DNA from: Actinomycetota bacterium
GTDB taxonomy: Bacteria; Actinomycetota; Humimicrobiia; Humimicrobiales; Humimicrobiaceae
Assembly (NCBI GenBank): GCA_028698215.1
Contig: JAQVDY010000005.1
Coordinates: 8,108-72,107, forward strand
Length of the DNA stretch: 64,000 bases
Reading direction: 5' to 3'
Shown: in pieces, positions 1 to 10,355 of the stretch
How positions within the stretch are numbered: position 1 is the stretch's first letter
How the letters are laid out: each line of letters begins with the position of its first letter
The notes under the pieces: model-generated
Told to the model about the DNA's origin: nothing
The model's input: only the letters and a program-made list of their open reading frames with translations
Database searches by the model: none
Position numbers and translations under genes: made by a program

Positions 1-799
1 CAAGCTGGAAGTTGACCGGAGGACTATCCGGAAGAGAATAAGCCAGCTGGAGAAAAAAATAAATCAAATAAGCACTCAGAGAAACACCCAGAGAAAAAGA
101 AGGAAAATTAGCCATACTGCCCAGGTAGCTTTAGTAGGTTACACCAATAGTGGTAAGTCTACTTTATTAAATCAATTAACTAAATCTAATGTAGAAGCTA
201 AAAATATGCTTTTTTCTACTCTGGATTCTACAGTAAGAAAACTTAAAACGGGGCATGGTAGTGAGATTCTGTTATCGGATACTGTGGGGTTTATTGAGAA
301 ACTGCCTCATCAGCTTATTGCTTCCTTTAAATCTACCTTAGAGGAAGTTAAACAATCAGATATGCTGCTTATGGTTATAGATACCAGTAATTCTAATTTT
401 GACCAGCATATGGACAGTGTAAAATCCGTATTAAAGGAAATCGGAGCTCACCATAAACCCATATTGAGTGTATTTAACAAGATAGACAAAGTAGATGGGG
501 AAGCAATTAAGAAAATTAAGCTAAAATATCCAGGGTCCATTTTTATATCTGCTTTGACTGGCCAGGGCCTCGATATGCTGATAGAAAAGGTTGAAAGCAG
601 CCTTGCCACTGATTATATTACCTTAACCGTAAAAATACCCTATAGTGAAAATAAGCTTATATCCAAGGTATTTGATCATTGCCAGGTACTGGATAAGAAA
701 TATCTGGAAGATAGTGTTTTGCTTACTTTGAGTGCAGATACTCAATTCTATTCCCAGCTTTCAGATTATATATATAAGGGGAGCCTAAGCCAGTATTAA
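1..799 (+). CDS. hflX: GTPase HflX, C-terminal part (5' end lies outside the window)
   Basis: The frame is open from nt 2. Its translation contains the G1 P-loop ...IALVGYTNSGKSTLLNQL and then runs into the listed 197-aa ORF (DTVGFI switch, NKIDK G4 motif). It sits upstream of lexA, as in many Firmicutes. Confidence 0.85.
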   Translation, partial: KLEVDRRTIRKRISQLEKKINQISTQRNTQRKRRKISHTAQVALVGYTNSGKSTLLNQLTKSNVEAKNMLFSTLDSTVRKLKTGHGSEILLSDTVGFIEKLPHQLIASFKSTLEEVKQSDMLLMVIDTSNSNFDQHMDSVKSVLKEIGAHHKPILSVFNKIDKVDGEAIKKIKLKYPGSIFISALTGQGLDMLIEKVESSLATDYITLTVKIPYSENKLISKVFDHCQVLDKKYLEDSVLLTLSADTQFYSQLSDYIYKGSLSQY

Positions 800-1440
800 A
801 AATACTTTCTAACCACACCAATTACTTTACCAATTATAGACACATTTTTAGTTATAATGGGTTGCATATGGTCGTTTTCGGGCATTAGCTTTATGTTTTT
901 GCTGGTTTTAAAATATCTTTTAACTGTAGATTCATCTTCCATTAAAGCTACTACTATTTCTCCATTGATAGCTGTGTCTTGCTTTCTAACAATAATATAG
1001 TCCCTATCTAATATGCCAGCATTAACCATACTGTCACCTCTAACCCTAAGCAGAAAAACAGGATTATTACCTTTTACAAAATCTTGGCAAAGGGGAAAAT
1101 AATCTTCAATGTTTTCTTCAGCTAAAATAGGGGTACCTGCAGCAACAGTTCCCACCAATGGAACCATAACGCTCTGGTTTATACTGGAATCTACTGCAGG
1201 ATTGATCAAATGGTTGGCTTTGGATAAAATTTCAATGGCTCTAGGCTTGCTGGGGTCTCTTTTAATGTATCCCATCTTTTCCAGCTTCTTTAAATGTGAA
1301 TAAACAGTGGCAGAAGAACTTAAACCTACAGATTTGGCTATTTCCCTTACAGTAGGCGGGTAACCGTTAGATTTTAATGAAGATAAAATAAATTCCAAAA
1401 TCAGGGTTTGCTTATCACTAATTTCTATATTTTTTCGCAT
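796..1440 (-). CDS. lexA: LexA repressor (S24 peptidase, SOS regulator)
   Basis: The 214-aa protein aligns end to end with B. subtilis LexA. It has the N-terminal wHTH (GYPPTVREIAKSVGLSSSATVYSHLKKLE), the Ala-Gly cleavage site (VAAG), and the catalytic Ser (GDSM) and Lys (VKRYFK) of the S24 dyad. No SD is evident at the annotated ATG. Confidence 0.9.
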   Translation of the reverse strand: MRKNIEISDKQTLILEFILSSLKSNGYPPTVREIAKSVGLSSSATVYSHLKKLEKMGYIKRDPSKPRAIEILSKANHLINPAVDSSINQSVMVPLVGTVAAGTPILAEENIEDYFPLCQDFVKGNNPVFLLRVRGDSMVNAGILDRDYIIVRKQDTAINGEIVVALMEDESTVKRYFKTSKNIKLMPENDHMQPIITKNVSIIGKVIGVVRKYF

Positions 1441-1484
1441 TAGGTCTAGTTCTAAGTATTAATTGTTTTGATTATAGCAGAAAA

Positions 1485-1518
1485 GCGAACCCATAGCAAA
1501 CATAGGTTCGCTTTTCTG
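1485..1518 (-). terminator. Rho-independent terminator hairpin downstream of ilvC (symmetric, U-tract on both sides)
   Basis: GCGAACC (1485-1491) pairs with GGTTCGC (1505-1511). On either strand the stem is followed by TTTTCTG. It lies 15-40 nt beyond the ilvC stop at 1526. The 3' arm of the stem is the LexA box. Confidence 0.55.
1494..1510 (-). promoter_or_regulatory. LexA (Cheo-like) box CAAACATAGGTTCG overlapping the -35 of the lexA promoter (minus strand TTGCTA-17-TATAAT)
   Basis: Box at 1497-1510. The minus-strand -35 TTGCTA is the reverse complement of 1494-1499 and the -10 TATAAT is the reverse complement of 1471-1476, with a 17-nt spacer. Two near-identical boxes occur at 2622-2635 and 2651-2664. 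Confidence 0.6.
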
Positions 1519-1525
1519 TAGTTAA

Positions 1526-2560
<1,035 letters not shown>

Positions 2561-2615
2561 TTAAAGTAATTAAGAGAAAACTTAAACCTAAATGGGATAA
2601 AAAACAAAAATTTTA

Positions 2616-2664
2616 TTGACACAAACGTATGTTCGCCTTATTATTAAATACAAACATATGTTCG
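2616..2664 (+). promoter_or_regulatory. Sigma-A promoter TTGACA-17-TATTAT with two tandem LexA (Cheo-like) boxes
   Basis: TTGACA 2616-2621, 17-nt spacer, TATTAT 2639-2644. Box 1 CAAACGTATGTTCG (2622-2635) fills the spacer. Box 2 CAAACATATGTTCG (2651-2664) covers +1 and the leader. A GGAGG SD follows at 2669-2673. Confidence 0.65.
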
Positions 2665-2677
2665 TATGGAGGTAAAA

Positions 2678-2968
2678 ATGAAGGTTTTAAATATTTTTAA
2701 GGGAACTTTGCTTCTACTGGCATTACTGGTAACTGCCATGTTTACTTTTACTGCTATTTATTTCAACATTAATAAAGTTACAGGGGTAAATGTTTCCAAG
2801 TACATCCAAATAGCGGTAGATAAGCCTGCAAAAGTTGAAGAAATTGCAGCCAGTTATTCTGATCCTGCTGCTAAACATAAGTTTATAAATGAAACCATGA
2901 GGGTCAATTCTATAAATTCAAATGGCTATATAAGCAACCGTACCATAATAGTGCCTGTATTTGAGTAA
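2678..2968 (+). CDS. Small SOS-controlled membrane protein with a degenerate LysM-like ectodomain (YneA-type candidate cell-division inhibitor)
   Basis: Start moved to the second ATG (2678), which has GGAGG 5 nt upstream. The N-terminal TM helix is LLLLALLVTAMFTFTAIYF. The C-terminal ~50 aa resemble LysM (YIQIAVDKPAKVEEIAASYSD...FINETMRVNSI...ISNRTIIVPV). The promoter is occluded by two LexA boxes. Confidence 0.5.
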   Translation: MKVLNIFKGTLLLLALLVTAMFTFTAIYFNINKVTGVNVSKYIQIAVDKPAKVEEIAASYSDPAAKHKFINETMRVNSINSNGYISNRTIIVPVFE

Positions 2969-3120
2969 GGGTTTTAGTCAAAAAATTACAAAAAATAATA
3001 GAACACACCATATAATCTTAGCCAACCCATATTATTCACTACCTTTTGGGTAGCATCCAAACTTTTCAAATGGAATAAAAAACGAAGTAATCAATTGTCA
3101 ATTTGTTAACAAACAGTATA

Positions 3121-3156
3121 AAATACTAAATAACTGTAAGTTATTTAGTATTTTGC
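3121..3156 (+). terminator. AT-rich perfect hairpin (possible terminator of the small SOS gene)
   Basis: AAATACTAAATAAC (3121-3134), a 5-nt loop, then GTTATTTAGTATTT (3140-3153), followed by TGCTATT. The stem is weak because it is all A/T. Confidence 0.3.
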
Positions 3157-3372
3157 TATTAAGAAACCCTATGTCTGGTTGTTAAAGATAGCTTTAATAT
3201 GAAACTGGCAAAATTAGCCAAATAGGGTAGAGGGGAGGCAAGGGCAGGTATTAATGCCAAGAGGGTGTAATTTTGGATACCCTTATAATTTTATTTATTT
3301 TAATAATCCCTGTTCAGCATAATAGGTTATTAGATTATTAATTACTAACTAATTAATGGAGAAAGGTTAGTT

Positions 3373-4560
3373 ATGGAAAATAAGATTAAGATAATAGAAA
3401 AAGCGCTTGAAGCTGGAAATGGTATTCTCAGGCTGAATCCAGCATGGGTAGCCAGGAATTTTTTGCCGCCTGGCAAAAGGTTGGGGCTGGCGGAAGATGC
3501 ATATGATAAAGGCCAGAGAGGATGGATTACTGAAAGATGGCTGGCATCAACCACCAAAGCTGATAATGCAATTGGTCCGGAGGATGAAGGGTTAAGCTAC
3601 CTGAATATTGAGGGAGCCAGCATTACATTAAAAGAGGCTATAGACCTGCTAGGTACCATAATTATGGGTAAAGAATATTCCCGCAGCCATAACGGGTTGG
3701 GAAGGTTGCCCAAAATTTATGATTTTGGAGACAGGATTCCTTATCACATACACCAGATGCAGAAAGATGCGGTAAAAGTTGGCAGGAAATCTAAAGATGA
3801 AGCCTATTATTTTCCAGAAGGAGTAGATGTCGGCCCTCACCCCGAAACCTTTTTTGGAGTCCACCCTTATATATATGACCAGAAAAAATTTGATATTCTT
3901 CTCCCTTACCTGGAAGATTGGAATAGCGACCTGATTTTAAAGCATTCCAGGGCCTACCAGAATACTCCAGGGGAAGGCTTTATTTTACCCAGCGGAATCC
4001 TACATGCCCCTGGTACGGCAGTCACTATTGAGCTGCAGGAGGATTCAGATGTGTTTTCAATGCTCCAGGCTCTAGCTGGAGGTAAAATAATATCTAAGGA
4101 GCTGTTGTATAAAGATATAAGCAAGCAAGATCGGGAAAAATATAAAGAGAGGGCTGTTCTGGACCAAATAAACTGGAAGGATTCTGCAGATCCCTATTTT
4201 TATGAAAACTATCACTTAGAGCCGCAATTAATAGAAGAGCAGGAAGGAGGCCGAGAATACTGGATTTATTATGGTACCAATAAATTTAGCGGCAAGAAAC
4301 TGGTTGTAGAACCGGGAGGTGAATTTACCAGTAAAGATAATGGAGTTTATAATATAGTTGCCTGGAAAGGTAAAGGAATTTATGGGGGGAATGTAATTGA
4401 AGCCGGCAATTTCGGCCTGGATGAGTTAATGGTAACCCATGACTGTGCCCTAAAACCTTTAATTATTAAGAATACGGGTAATGATGAATTAATTATATTT
4501 AAGTTCTTTGGACCCGATATAAATAAAGACCTACCTCAGCTAAAAAAATATAAACCTTAA
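3373..4560 (+). CDS. Type I phosphomannose-isomerase-like cupin protein (putative sugar-phosphate isomerase)
   Basis: 395 aa. It aligns by eye with ManA/PMI class I: RLPKIYDFGDRIPYHIHQ ~ RFPLLTKLLDVKEDTSIKVHP; KDEAYYFP ~ KTECWYII; GEGFILPSGILHAPG ~ GDFYYVPSGTLHAL. The Zn-ligand equivalents (H/Q, H, E, H) are retained. No search was run. Confidence 0.45.
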   Translation: MENKIKIIEKALEAGNGILRLNPAWVARNFLPPGKRLGLAEDAYDKGQRGWITERWLASTTKADNAIGPEDEGLSYLNIEGASITLKEAIDLLGTIIMGKEYSRSHNGLGRLPKIYDFGDRIPYHIHQMQKDAVKVGRKSKDEAYYFPEGVDVGPHPETFFGVHPYIYDQKKFDILLPYLEDWNSDLILKHSRAYQNTPGEGFILPSGILHAPGTAVTIELQEDSDVFSMLQALAGGKIISKELLYKDISKQDREKYKERAVLDQINWKDSADPYFYENYHLEPQLIEEQEGGREYWIYYGTNKFSGKKLVVEPGGEFTSKDNGVYNIVAWKGKGIYGGNVIEAGNFGLDELMVTHDCALKPLIIKNTGNDELIIFKFFGPDINKDLPQLKKYKP

Positions 4561-4752
4561 ATGTTAGGACTTAGCTAAAAGATAAACATGCTATAAAAGG
4601 TTAATAACATAGTTTAAGGTTAAACATTTAAGTAAAACTTTATAGTTATGTCTTTATAATTAATGTTTAATTTAAAGCTTAAAATATGTAATTAATACCG
4701 AAATTAGTATATTTTAATTACTTAAAACCAGGATAGAAAGGATTTCTATATA

Positions 4753-5190
4753 ATGGTAACTATTAATGTAAAATCAATTGATAAAAACGCTAAGTTTCCC
4801 ACTTACGCTCATCCCGGGGATGCTGGAATGGATCTGTACAGCAGGGTAATGATAACTTTAAAACCCATGGAAAGAAAGAAAATTCCTACCGGTATACAGG
4901 TGGCTATACCTGAAGGTTATGCCGGATTTGTGCAACCTAAATCTGGATTGGCCATTGATAATGGAATAGCGCTGGTAAACAGTCCAGGGCTAATTGATTC
5001 AGGGTTTAGGGGTGAAATATGTGCAATCTTAATTAATTTAGACCAGAAACAGGATTTTATTATAAATAAAGGCGATAAAATATGCCAGTTGGTTATACAA
5101 AAAGTAGAGAAAGCTGAAATTAAGACAGTTAGCCAACTGGATAATACCAGTAGGGGGAAGGGAGGGTTTGGCAGCACTGGAAGATTCTAA
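4753..5190 (+). CDS. dut: dUTP diphosphatase (trimeric dUTPase)
   Basis: 145 aa. Carries the dUTPase motifs AGMDL, GLIDSGFRGEI and the C-terminal GGFGSTG motif. Confidence 0.9.
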   Translation: MVTINVKSIDKNAKFPTYAHPGDAGMDLYSRVMITLKPMERKKIPTGIQVAIPEGYAGFVQPKSGLAIDNGIALVNSPGLIDSGFRGEICAILINLDQKQDFIINKGDKICQLVIQKVEKAEIKTVSQLDNTSRGKGGFGSTGRF

Positions 5191-6020
5191 TTTAGTAATA
5201 CCAAACCCAAACAGGACATTGCTTATACAAAAAGATTAATTCATTTCACCTTCAAGCGCATAAAAATTTAAAGCACATTATTTAAATTATTGCCCTGCCC
5301 CTAATGTTTACTGAGATATTTATCTATTATTATGACTACTATATATTACTAATTAGTATAAAAGATATAATTATAGATGTCTATATTGTAACATTTGTTA
5401 TAATATGAAAAGATTTATGGTAAATTATCTTATATTTTATGCCTAAACTAATGGCTTAACCTGGTTTGATAGCAAATTAACTGAATAGTTTATATACCAT
5501 CAAATTTTTTTAAAATAATGGATTCTTATACATAAATAATAATAAATTAGGACCTTGGAGAATGGCCGGTTGGGCAAGGCCATGTTATGGAGATCTGAGC
5601 TTAAGTTCCAAAAATAATATTACTAGCGCTGACAGGGTTATAGTTAATCATTTATGAAAATATAAATTAATCATCTATCAGAAACAGAAGCAATTAAAAG
5701 GTCTATATTGGCCAAAGAGAAGAAACTTAAAAACAAAATAATTGAGTTAGAATAAATAGATTATTTTATTTAAATTTTTACATTTTATAGAAGTAGGCTA
5801 GAAAGGCATGTGAAAGCGACTTTTTTAGGACAAAGGGATATAAAAGCCTGGTAATAGCTCTAAACACTAGGAAAAATATAGAATAAATATAACTACCGAT
5901 AATATATATTATGTTAACTTTTAAATATTTTAACTATTTTCCCCATCATTCCAAATACTCTACTTATATCCCCTGTAAATATTGTATTTAAAAGTTTACC
6001 AAAAATAATAAAAGCAAATA

Positions 6021-6060
6021 AAAAGTACAGGGGTATTACAATTACCCCTGTACTTTTTCC
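6021..6060 (-). terminator. Bidirectional rho-independent terminator after fucI
   Basis: Perfect 15-bp stem AAAAGTACAGGGGTA (6021-6035), loop TTACAAT, then TACCCCTGTACTTTT (6043-6057). A and T runs flank both sides. It lies 37 nt beyond the fucI stop. Confidence 0.8.
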
Positions 6061-6093
6061 AAGGACGATGTACGTGGTATAAAGAATCTTTAT

Positions 6094-7893
6094 TTAAATT
6101 TTCTTATACAGTGACCCAAAATTCCTACAGGCCCTGTAGTCAGCCCCCTCCATATCCTTGGTGCCAAAAGCAGCCCAGGCGCTAGGCCTAAACAGCTTGC
6201 TATCATCAACATTATGCATGGCCACCGGTATCCTTAGCATAGAAGCCAAGGTTATAAGCAAAGCTCCAATGTGACCATAACTGAATACTGCATGGTTTAC
6301 TCCCCAGTTGTTCATAAGGGTATAAGTATCGTTAAAGGGAATCTTACCGGTTATTTTAGGAGCAAACCAGGTATTGGGCCAGGTTGGGTCGGTTCTGTCA
6401 CTTAAAATCTGGCCAACTTTTTCCGGTAAAGAAACGGAATAGCCTTCTGCAATTTGAAGTACAGGGCCCAGTCCCTTGATAAGGTTTATCCTGAACATGG
6501 TTACCGGCATATCACCTTTAGTTACAAAGTTAGCAGAAAAGCCGCCGCCCCTGAAGTATTCAACGTTTGCTGGCCTAAACTGGGAATTGGCCAAGGTAGC
6601 CTTAACTTCATCTTCAGTGATATCCCAGTATGGCTTCATGGCAGGTTTTCCGTCTATGCTTTGCTGACCTGTTCCGTCTAATGCTGCTGAACCTGAATTT
6701 ATCAGATGTATAATACCAGTTTTGCCATAGCCCTCTAAATCATACCCGGTTACCCTTTTTACTGCCTCTGGGCTCCAGAAGGTTCTTACATCAGCAAATA
6801 CCTGTGCGGTATTGGTTAAGAGATGTCCAAAAATCATGGGGACGCCATTTAAGGCATCGTTTTCTGTAGCCACCAGGTAAGGCTGTCTTATGCCGTTCCA
6901 GTCAAAGGAAGTGTTTAGCATGGTTTCAGTAAAATCACCATTGGGGAAATGATCAGTCCACTGGCGCTGTCCCTGAAATCCGGATGCTAAAGCATTATGG
7001 CCCATAGCTTCTTCCTTAAAATCAATATCGGCCAGTTTTGGATTTCCTACCATAAGATCTCTTACAATTAAAGTCATTTTAACCACAAATTCCCAATCAG
7101 CATCTTTTTGTGCCCTGGTTTTCTGAATGGCAGGCGAGTTATTATCTGGTCCTTCTGTAAGGTTTTTCTTTACCCAATCCAGTGCTTTGCTGTATTCCTG
7201 GTGGTCATAGATGTTCTCTTCTATTCTCCTGATTATTTCAGTGGAATCAACATATTCACATCTCATTCCCAGATAATCTTCAAAGAAATTGGGATCTACT
7301 ATGGATCCGGCAATACCCATAGAGGTATTACCTATGGAAAGATAGGATTTACCCCTCATGGCTGCCACGGCTAGGCCGGCCTGGGCAAATTGAAGCAATT
7401 TCTGGGCTACATCTGAAGGTATGGAGGTATCATCTGCATCCTGCACGTCTTTACCGTATATGCCAAAAGCAGGAAGGCCTTTTTGGGCATGTGCTGCCAG
7501 AACTGCTGCCAGATATACTGCTCCCGGCCTTTCACTGCCGTTAAAACCCCAAACTGCTTTGGGCCTGGTGGGATGCATATCCATGGTTTCAGAGCCATAA
7601 CACCAGCTGGGAGTAACGGTAATGGTTAGGCCTACCCCTTCCCTGGCAAATTTATCATCGGCCATGGTAGCTTCTGCTACTCCGCCTATAGTGGTGTCCG
7701 CAATAACGCACTCCACTTGATCCCCGCAAGGGTGCCTTAAGTTTTCTGAAATTAGTTTAGCGGCAGATTTAGCCATGTTCATGGTCTGGGTTTCCAGAGA
7801 TTCCCTTACCCCCTTCCTTCTGCCATCGATGGTAGGCCTGATGCCTATTTTGGGCAAGGTACCTATTAACCTGTTTTTGGTTGAATCGCTCAT
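6094..7893 (-). CDS. fucI: L-fucose isomerase
   Basis: 599 aa. Near-collinear identity to E. coli FucI throughout, for example [55 protein letters not shown] and [29 protein letters not shown] lies 9 nt upstream. Confidence 0.95.
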   Translation of the reverse strand: MSDSTKNRLIGTLPKIGIRPTIDGRRKGVRESLETQTMNMAKSAAKLISENLRHPCGDQVECVIADTTIGGVAEATMADDKFAREGVGLTITVTPSWCYGSETMDMHPTRPKAVWGFNGSERPGAVYLAAVLAAHAQKGLPAFGIYGKDVQDADDTSIPSDVAQKLLQFAQAGLAVAAMRGKSYLSIGNTSMGIAGSIVDPNFFEDYLGMRCEYVDSTEIIRRIEENIYDHQEYSKALDWVKKNLTEGPDNNSPAIQKTRAQKDADWEFVVKMTLIVRDLMVGNPKLADIDFKEEAMGHNALASGFQGQRQWTDHFPNGDFTETMLNTSFDWNGIRQPYLVATENDALNGVPMIFGHLLTNTAQVFADVRTFWSPEAVKRVTGYDLEGYGKTGIIHLINSGSAALDGTGQQSIDGKPAMKPYWDITEDEVKATLANSQFRPANVEYFRGGGFSANFVTKGDMPVTMFRINLIKGLGPVLQIAEGYSVSLPEKVGQILSDRTDPTWPNTWFAPKITGKIPFNDTYTLMNNWGVNHAVFSYGHIGALLITLASMLRIPVAMHNVDDSKLFRPSAWAAFGTKDMEGADYRACRNFGSLYKKI

Positions 7894-7923
7894 GCTTTGG
7901 TGCTCCTTTATGTATTATTGTTT

Positions 7924-9168
7924 TTAATATTTTCCATACTCATAAGCTGCTTCCAGCATAGCTATAACATTCTGGGGAGGCACATCTGCCAAAATATTAT
8001 GTATTTGATTAAATACCATACCCCCACCCTCCCCTAAAATTTCAATTCTTTTTTTAACATCCTGCCTGATTTGTTCAGGGGTTCCCTTGGCCAGCACCTC
8101 TTGGGTATTACAGCCTCCACCCCAGAAAACCAGGTCATTTTTAAATTCTTTCTTAAGTTTTTCCGGTTCCATATCCCTGGCAGTGGTTTGAACTGGGTTT
8201 AATACATCTAAACCTGCATCAATTAATCCTGGTAAAAGCTCATAAATAGAGCCGCAAGAATGTAAAAATACCTTGCAGCTGCTGTTTTCATGTACAAAAT
8301 CCCACATTTTTTTATGGCGGGGCTTAAACACTTCATCATAGATTTCAGGTGACATGAATGGACCATCCTGTCCTCCCAGGTCATCACCAAACTGCAGCAA
8401 GTCAACATACTTCCCTACTCCATCAATAACCTTCTTTAACTTTACCAGATTTCTTTCTACCAGGGTGTCCAGCAGATACATGGTTTTCTTTTTATCGGTA
8501 TAAACATCCATCATAAAATTTGCCAGTCCCCTTAAAAATGTACCGGTTTCAAACATATTGCAGCCTACTGATAAAACTATGGAATAATCAGTCTCCTCAT
8601 ATAGCTTTTTAATGCCTTCCACAAACCGGTTAAATTGTTTAGGGTCAAATATGTTTAGATGCCAGGGCGGCGAAGGAATTGCCCACATATGCTTATCTAA
8701 ATCTTCATCATTGAATTCATCAGGGATAGATGGAAGGTTTTGGTAAATCCAAAAACACTGGTCTACGTAAAGGGAGGATGCTGGTTTCTTGCCCAGCCTG
8801 GTACCATTTTCATCTGAAACATATACGGTGTTTTTTTCATCAATTTCCACATTTAAAAATTGTGGTATTAAGCATTTAGACCCATCATTTAAGGTCCAGG
8901 TCCTCCAATCGTGTTCCGAGAGTAAGAACCCCTGTCCGGCATCAATGGCATCTATGTGGAAGTGTTTCATAATATCGCGTTGTGGAAAAGCAAGCTGCTG
9001 TATAAAGTCATACATCTTAGCCTGGCCACTTTCCTTTCCAAGCTCCTTTAACAGCTTATTGTAAGCAATAGTAGAAATACCTGAAGATCTCATGCTGCCC
9101 AGGTCAATGGGTATCCTGTCAGCGGTTTTATGTTCTAATATAGCCCTAATTCTTTGTCTGGAATTCAT
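7924..9168 (-). CDS. URO-D (uroporphyrinogen decarboxylase / MtaA-like methyltransferase) family protein, paralog 2
   Basis: Start trimmed to the internal Met (MNSRQRIRAIL...). It has SD GGGGAG 5 nt upstream and begins right after the stop of the upstream paralog. Family hallmarks are R-I-P-I-D-L-G near the N-terminus and the (beta/alpha)8 spacing. It parallels paralog 1 (TSYDRVIASLEHREPDRVPFDLGG). Confidence 0.6.
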   Translation of the reverse strand: MNSRQRIRAILEHKTADRIPIDLGSMRSSGISTIAYNKLLKELGKESGQAKMYDFIQQLAFPQRDIMKHFHIDAIDAGQGFLLSEHDWRTWTLNDGSKCLIPQFLNVEIDEKNTVYVSDENGTRLGKKPASSLYVDQCFWIYQNLPSIPDEFNDEDLDKHMWAIPSPPWHLNIFDPKQFNRFVEGIKKLYEETDYSIVLSVGCNMFETGTFLRGLANFMMDVYTDKKKTMYLLDTLVERNLVKLKKVIDGVGKYVDLLQFGDDLGGQDGPFMSPEIYDEVFKPRHKKMWDFVHENSSCKVFLHSCGSIYELLPGLIDAGLDVLNPVQTTARDMEPEKLKKEFKNDLVFWGGGCNTQEVLAKGTPEQIRQDVKKRIEILGEGGGMVFNQIHNILADVPPQNVIAMLEAAYEYGKY

Positions 9169-9181
9169 TTGGACTCCCCTG

Positions 9182-10345
9182 TTAGTATTTGCCAAAATCT
9201 TTTAATGTTTGCCACCAGGCCATGATATTTTCTGCAGGTACCGAGCTCTGTATGATGTGGATGGGAGAAAATATAAAGCCTCCTCCCGGAGCCAGGTCAT
9301 CAATTCTTCTTTTAGTTTCCTCTCTTACCTGTTGAGGAGTGCCAAAAGACATGATATTGTTATCACAGGAACCGCCCCAGAAGGTAAGATCTTGGCCAAA
9401 TTCTTTTTTAAGGGTTTTGGTATCCATTCCCTTGCAGTTAACCTGTACCGGGTTAAGGATATCCACTCCTGCTTCTAGGAGTAAAGGTATAGCCTCTTTT
9501 ATGGCTCCATCACAGTGGAAAAATATATAAACTTTGGATTTAGCCTTCTTTTTTATAAATTCAAACAGTTTTTTATGATAAGGCCAGATCAATTCCCGGT
9601 AGAGGTCCAGAGATACCAGCAAGCTGTCTTTATTGCCTAAATCATCAGCGGCAGATACCACCAATACATTATCCCCAACTGTTTCTAAAGCCTTCTGCCA
9701 ATAAGCCATTTTTATCTCCAGAAACTTGTCCATAATGGCCTGTACCATCTTTTTATTACATAGCATATCCATAAAAAATTGTTCATAGCCCCTCATCCAC
9801 ATGGCATTTTCCCACATCCCGGCACTCATTCTTTCTAAAAAATAAGCCCTCTTTTCCTCTTTTACTATCTGATCCGCTTTTTCTTTCAATTCTTCAAACC
9901 GGGCTGCATCAATTGGGTCCGGCCAGGGATAATTTTCTATGTCCGTAATAGTTTCGGCCTGCTGCAGGGGGCTTTGATAAATATCATAATAATGGCCTCC
10001 CTCTACCGGCATCCTGTATTCTATCCCGAACTCATCTATTAATCCGCAGTAATTATCTTTAATTCCCAAGTTCCGGTATAAACCTGGATTTTTTGGAGGA
10101 TTAGGAGCTACATTTTTAATATCAATTTCTAATTGTTCTATGATGTCCTGTTCCATTTTACCCAGTTGAGTAATGGTATCCCAGACTTCAGCCCGGCCCT
10201 TCAAGCCCAAAAAGTTTCTAAGATTATTTAGGGCCTTTATATTTATGCCCGCCACCAAGGCTCCACCCAGATCAAATGGAACCCTGTCCGGCTCCCTATG
10301 CTCAAGTGAAGCAATTACCCTGTCATAGCTTGTATATTTATCCAA
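9182..10345 (-). CDS. URO-D family protein, paralog 1 (probable TTG start, translationally coupled to AOR)
   Basis: The tool ORF (to 10567) overlaps the AOR 3' end in another frame. The homologous N-terminus starts at LDKYTSYDRVIASLEHREPDRVPFDLGG. The only start codon after the AOR stop (10356) is TTG at 10345. The C-terminus (VLNPVQ...FWGG...PGGGFIF) parallels paralog 2. Confidence 0.55.
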   Translation of the reverse strand: MDKYTSYDRVIASLEHREPDRVPFDLGGALVAGINIKALNNLRNFLGLKGRAEVWDTITQLGKMEQDIIEQLEIDIKNVAPNPPKNPGLYRNLGIKDNYCGLIDEFGIEYRMPVEGGHYYDIYQSPLQQAETITDIENYPWPDPIDAARFEELKEKADQIVKEEKRAYFLERMSAGMWENAMWMRGYEQFFMDMLCNKKMVQAIMDKFLEIKMAYWQKALETVGDNVLVVSAADDLGNKDSLLVSLDLYRELIWPYHKKLFEFIKKKAKSKVYIFFHCDGAIKEAIPLLLEAGVDILNPVQVNCKGMDTKTLKKEFGQDLTFWGGSCDNNIMSFGTPQQVREETKRRIDDLAPGGGFIFSPIHIIQSSVPAENIMAWWQTLKDFGKY

Positions 10346-10355
10346 TTTTTTAACT

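Noticed and set aside
1109-1303. 64-aa ORF on the plus strand inside lexA
   Set aside because: It lies fully antisense within a well-supported lexA CDS and has no RBS, so it is a shadow ORF.
1485-1511. Hairpin GCGAACC-n13-GGTTCGC read as a LexA palindrome with a 13-nt spacer
   Set aside because: The spacer is too long for a Cheo box. The real box is the 14-mer CAAACATAGGTTCG within the 3' arm, and the hairpin is better read as the ilvC terminator.
9169-9195. MANTNRGVQ N-terminal extension of URO-D paralog 2
   Set aside because: The internal Met has a strong SD (GGGGAG, 5 nt) and sits just after the upstream stop, so the extension is unnecessary.
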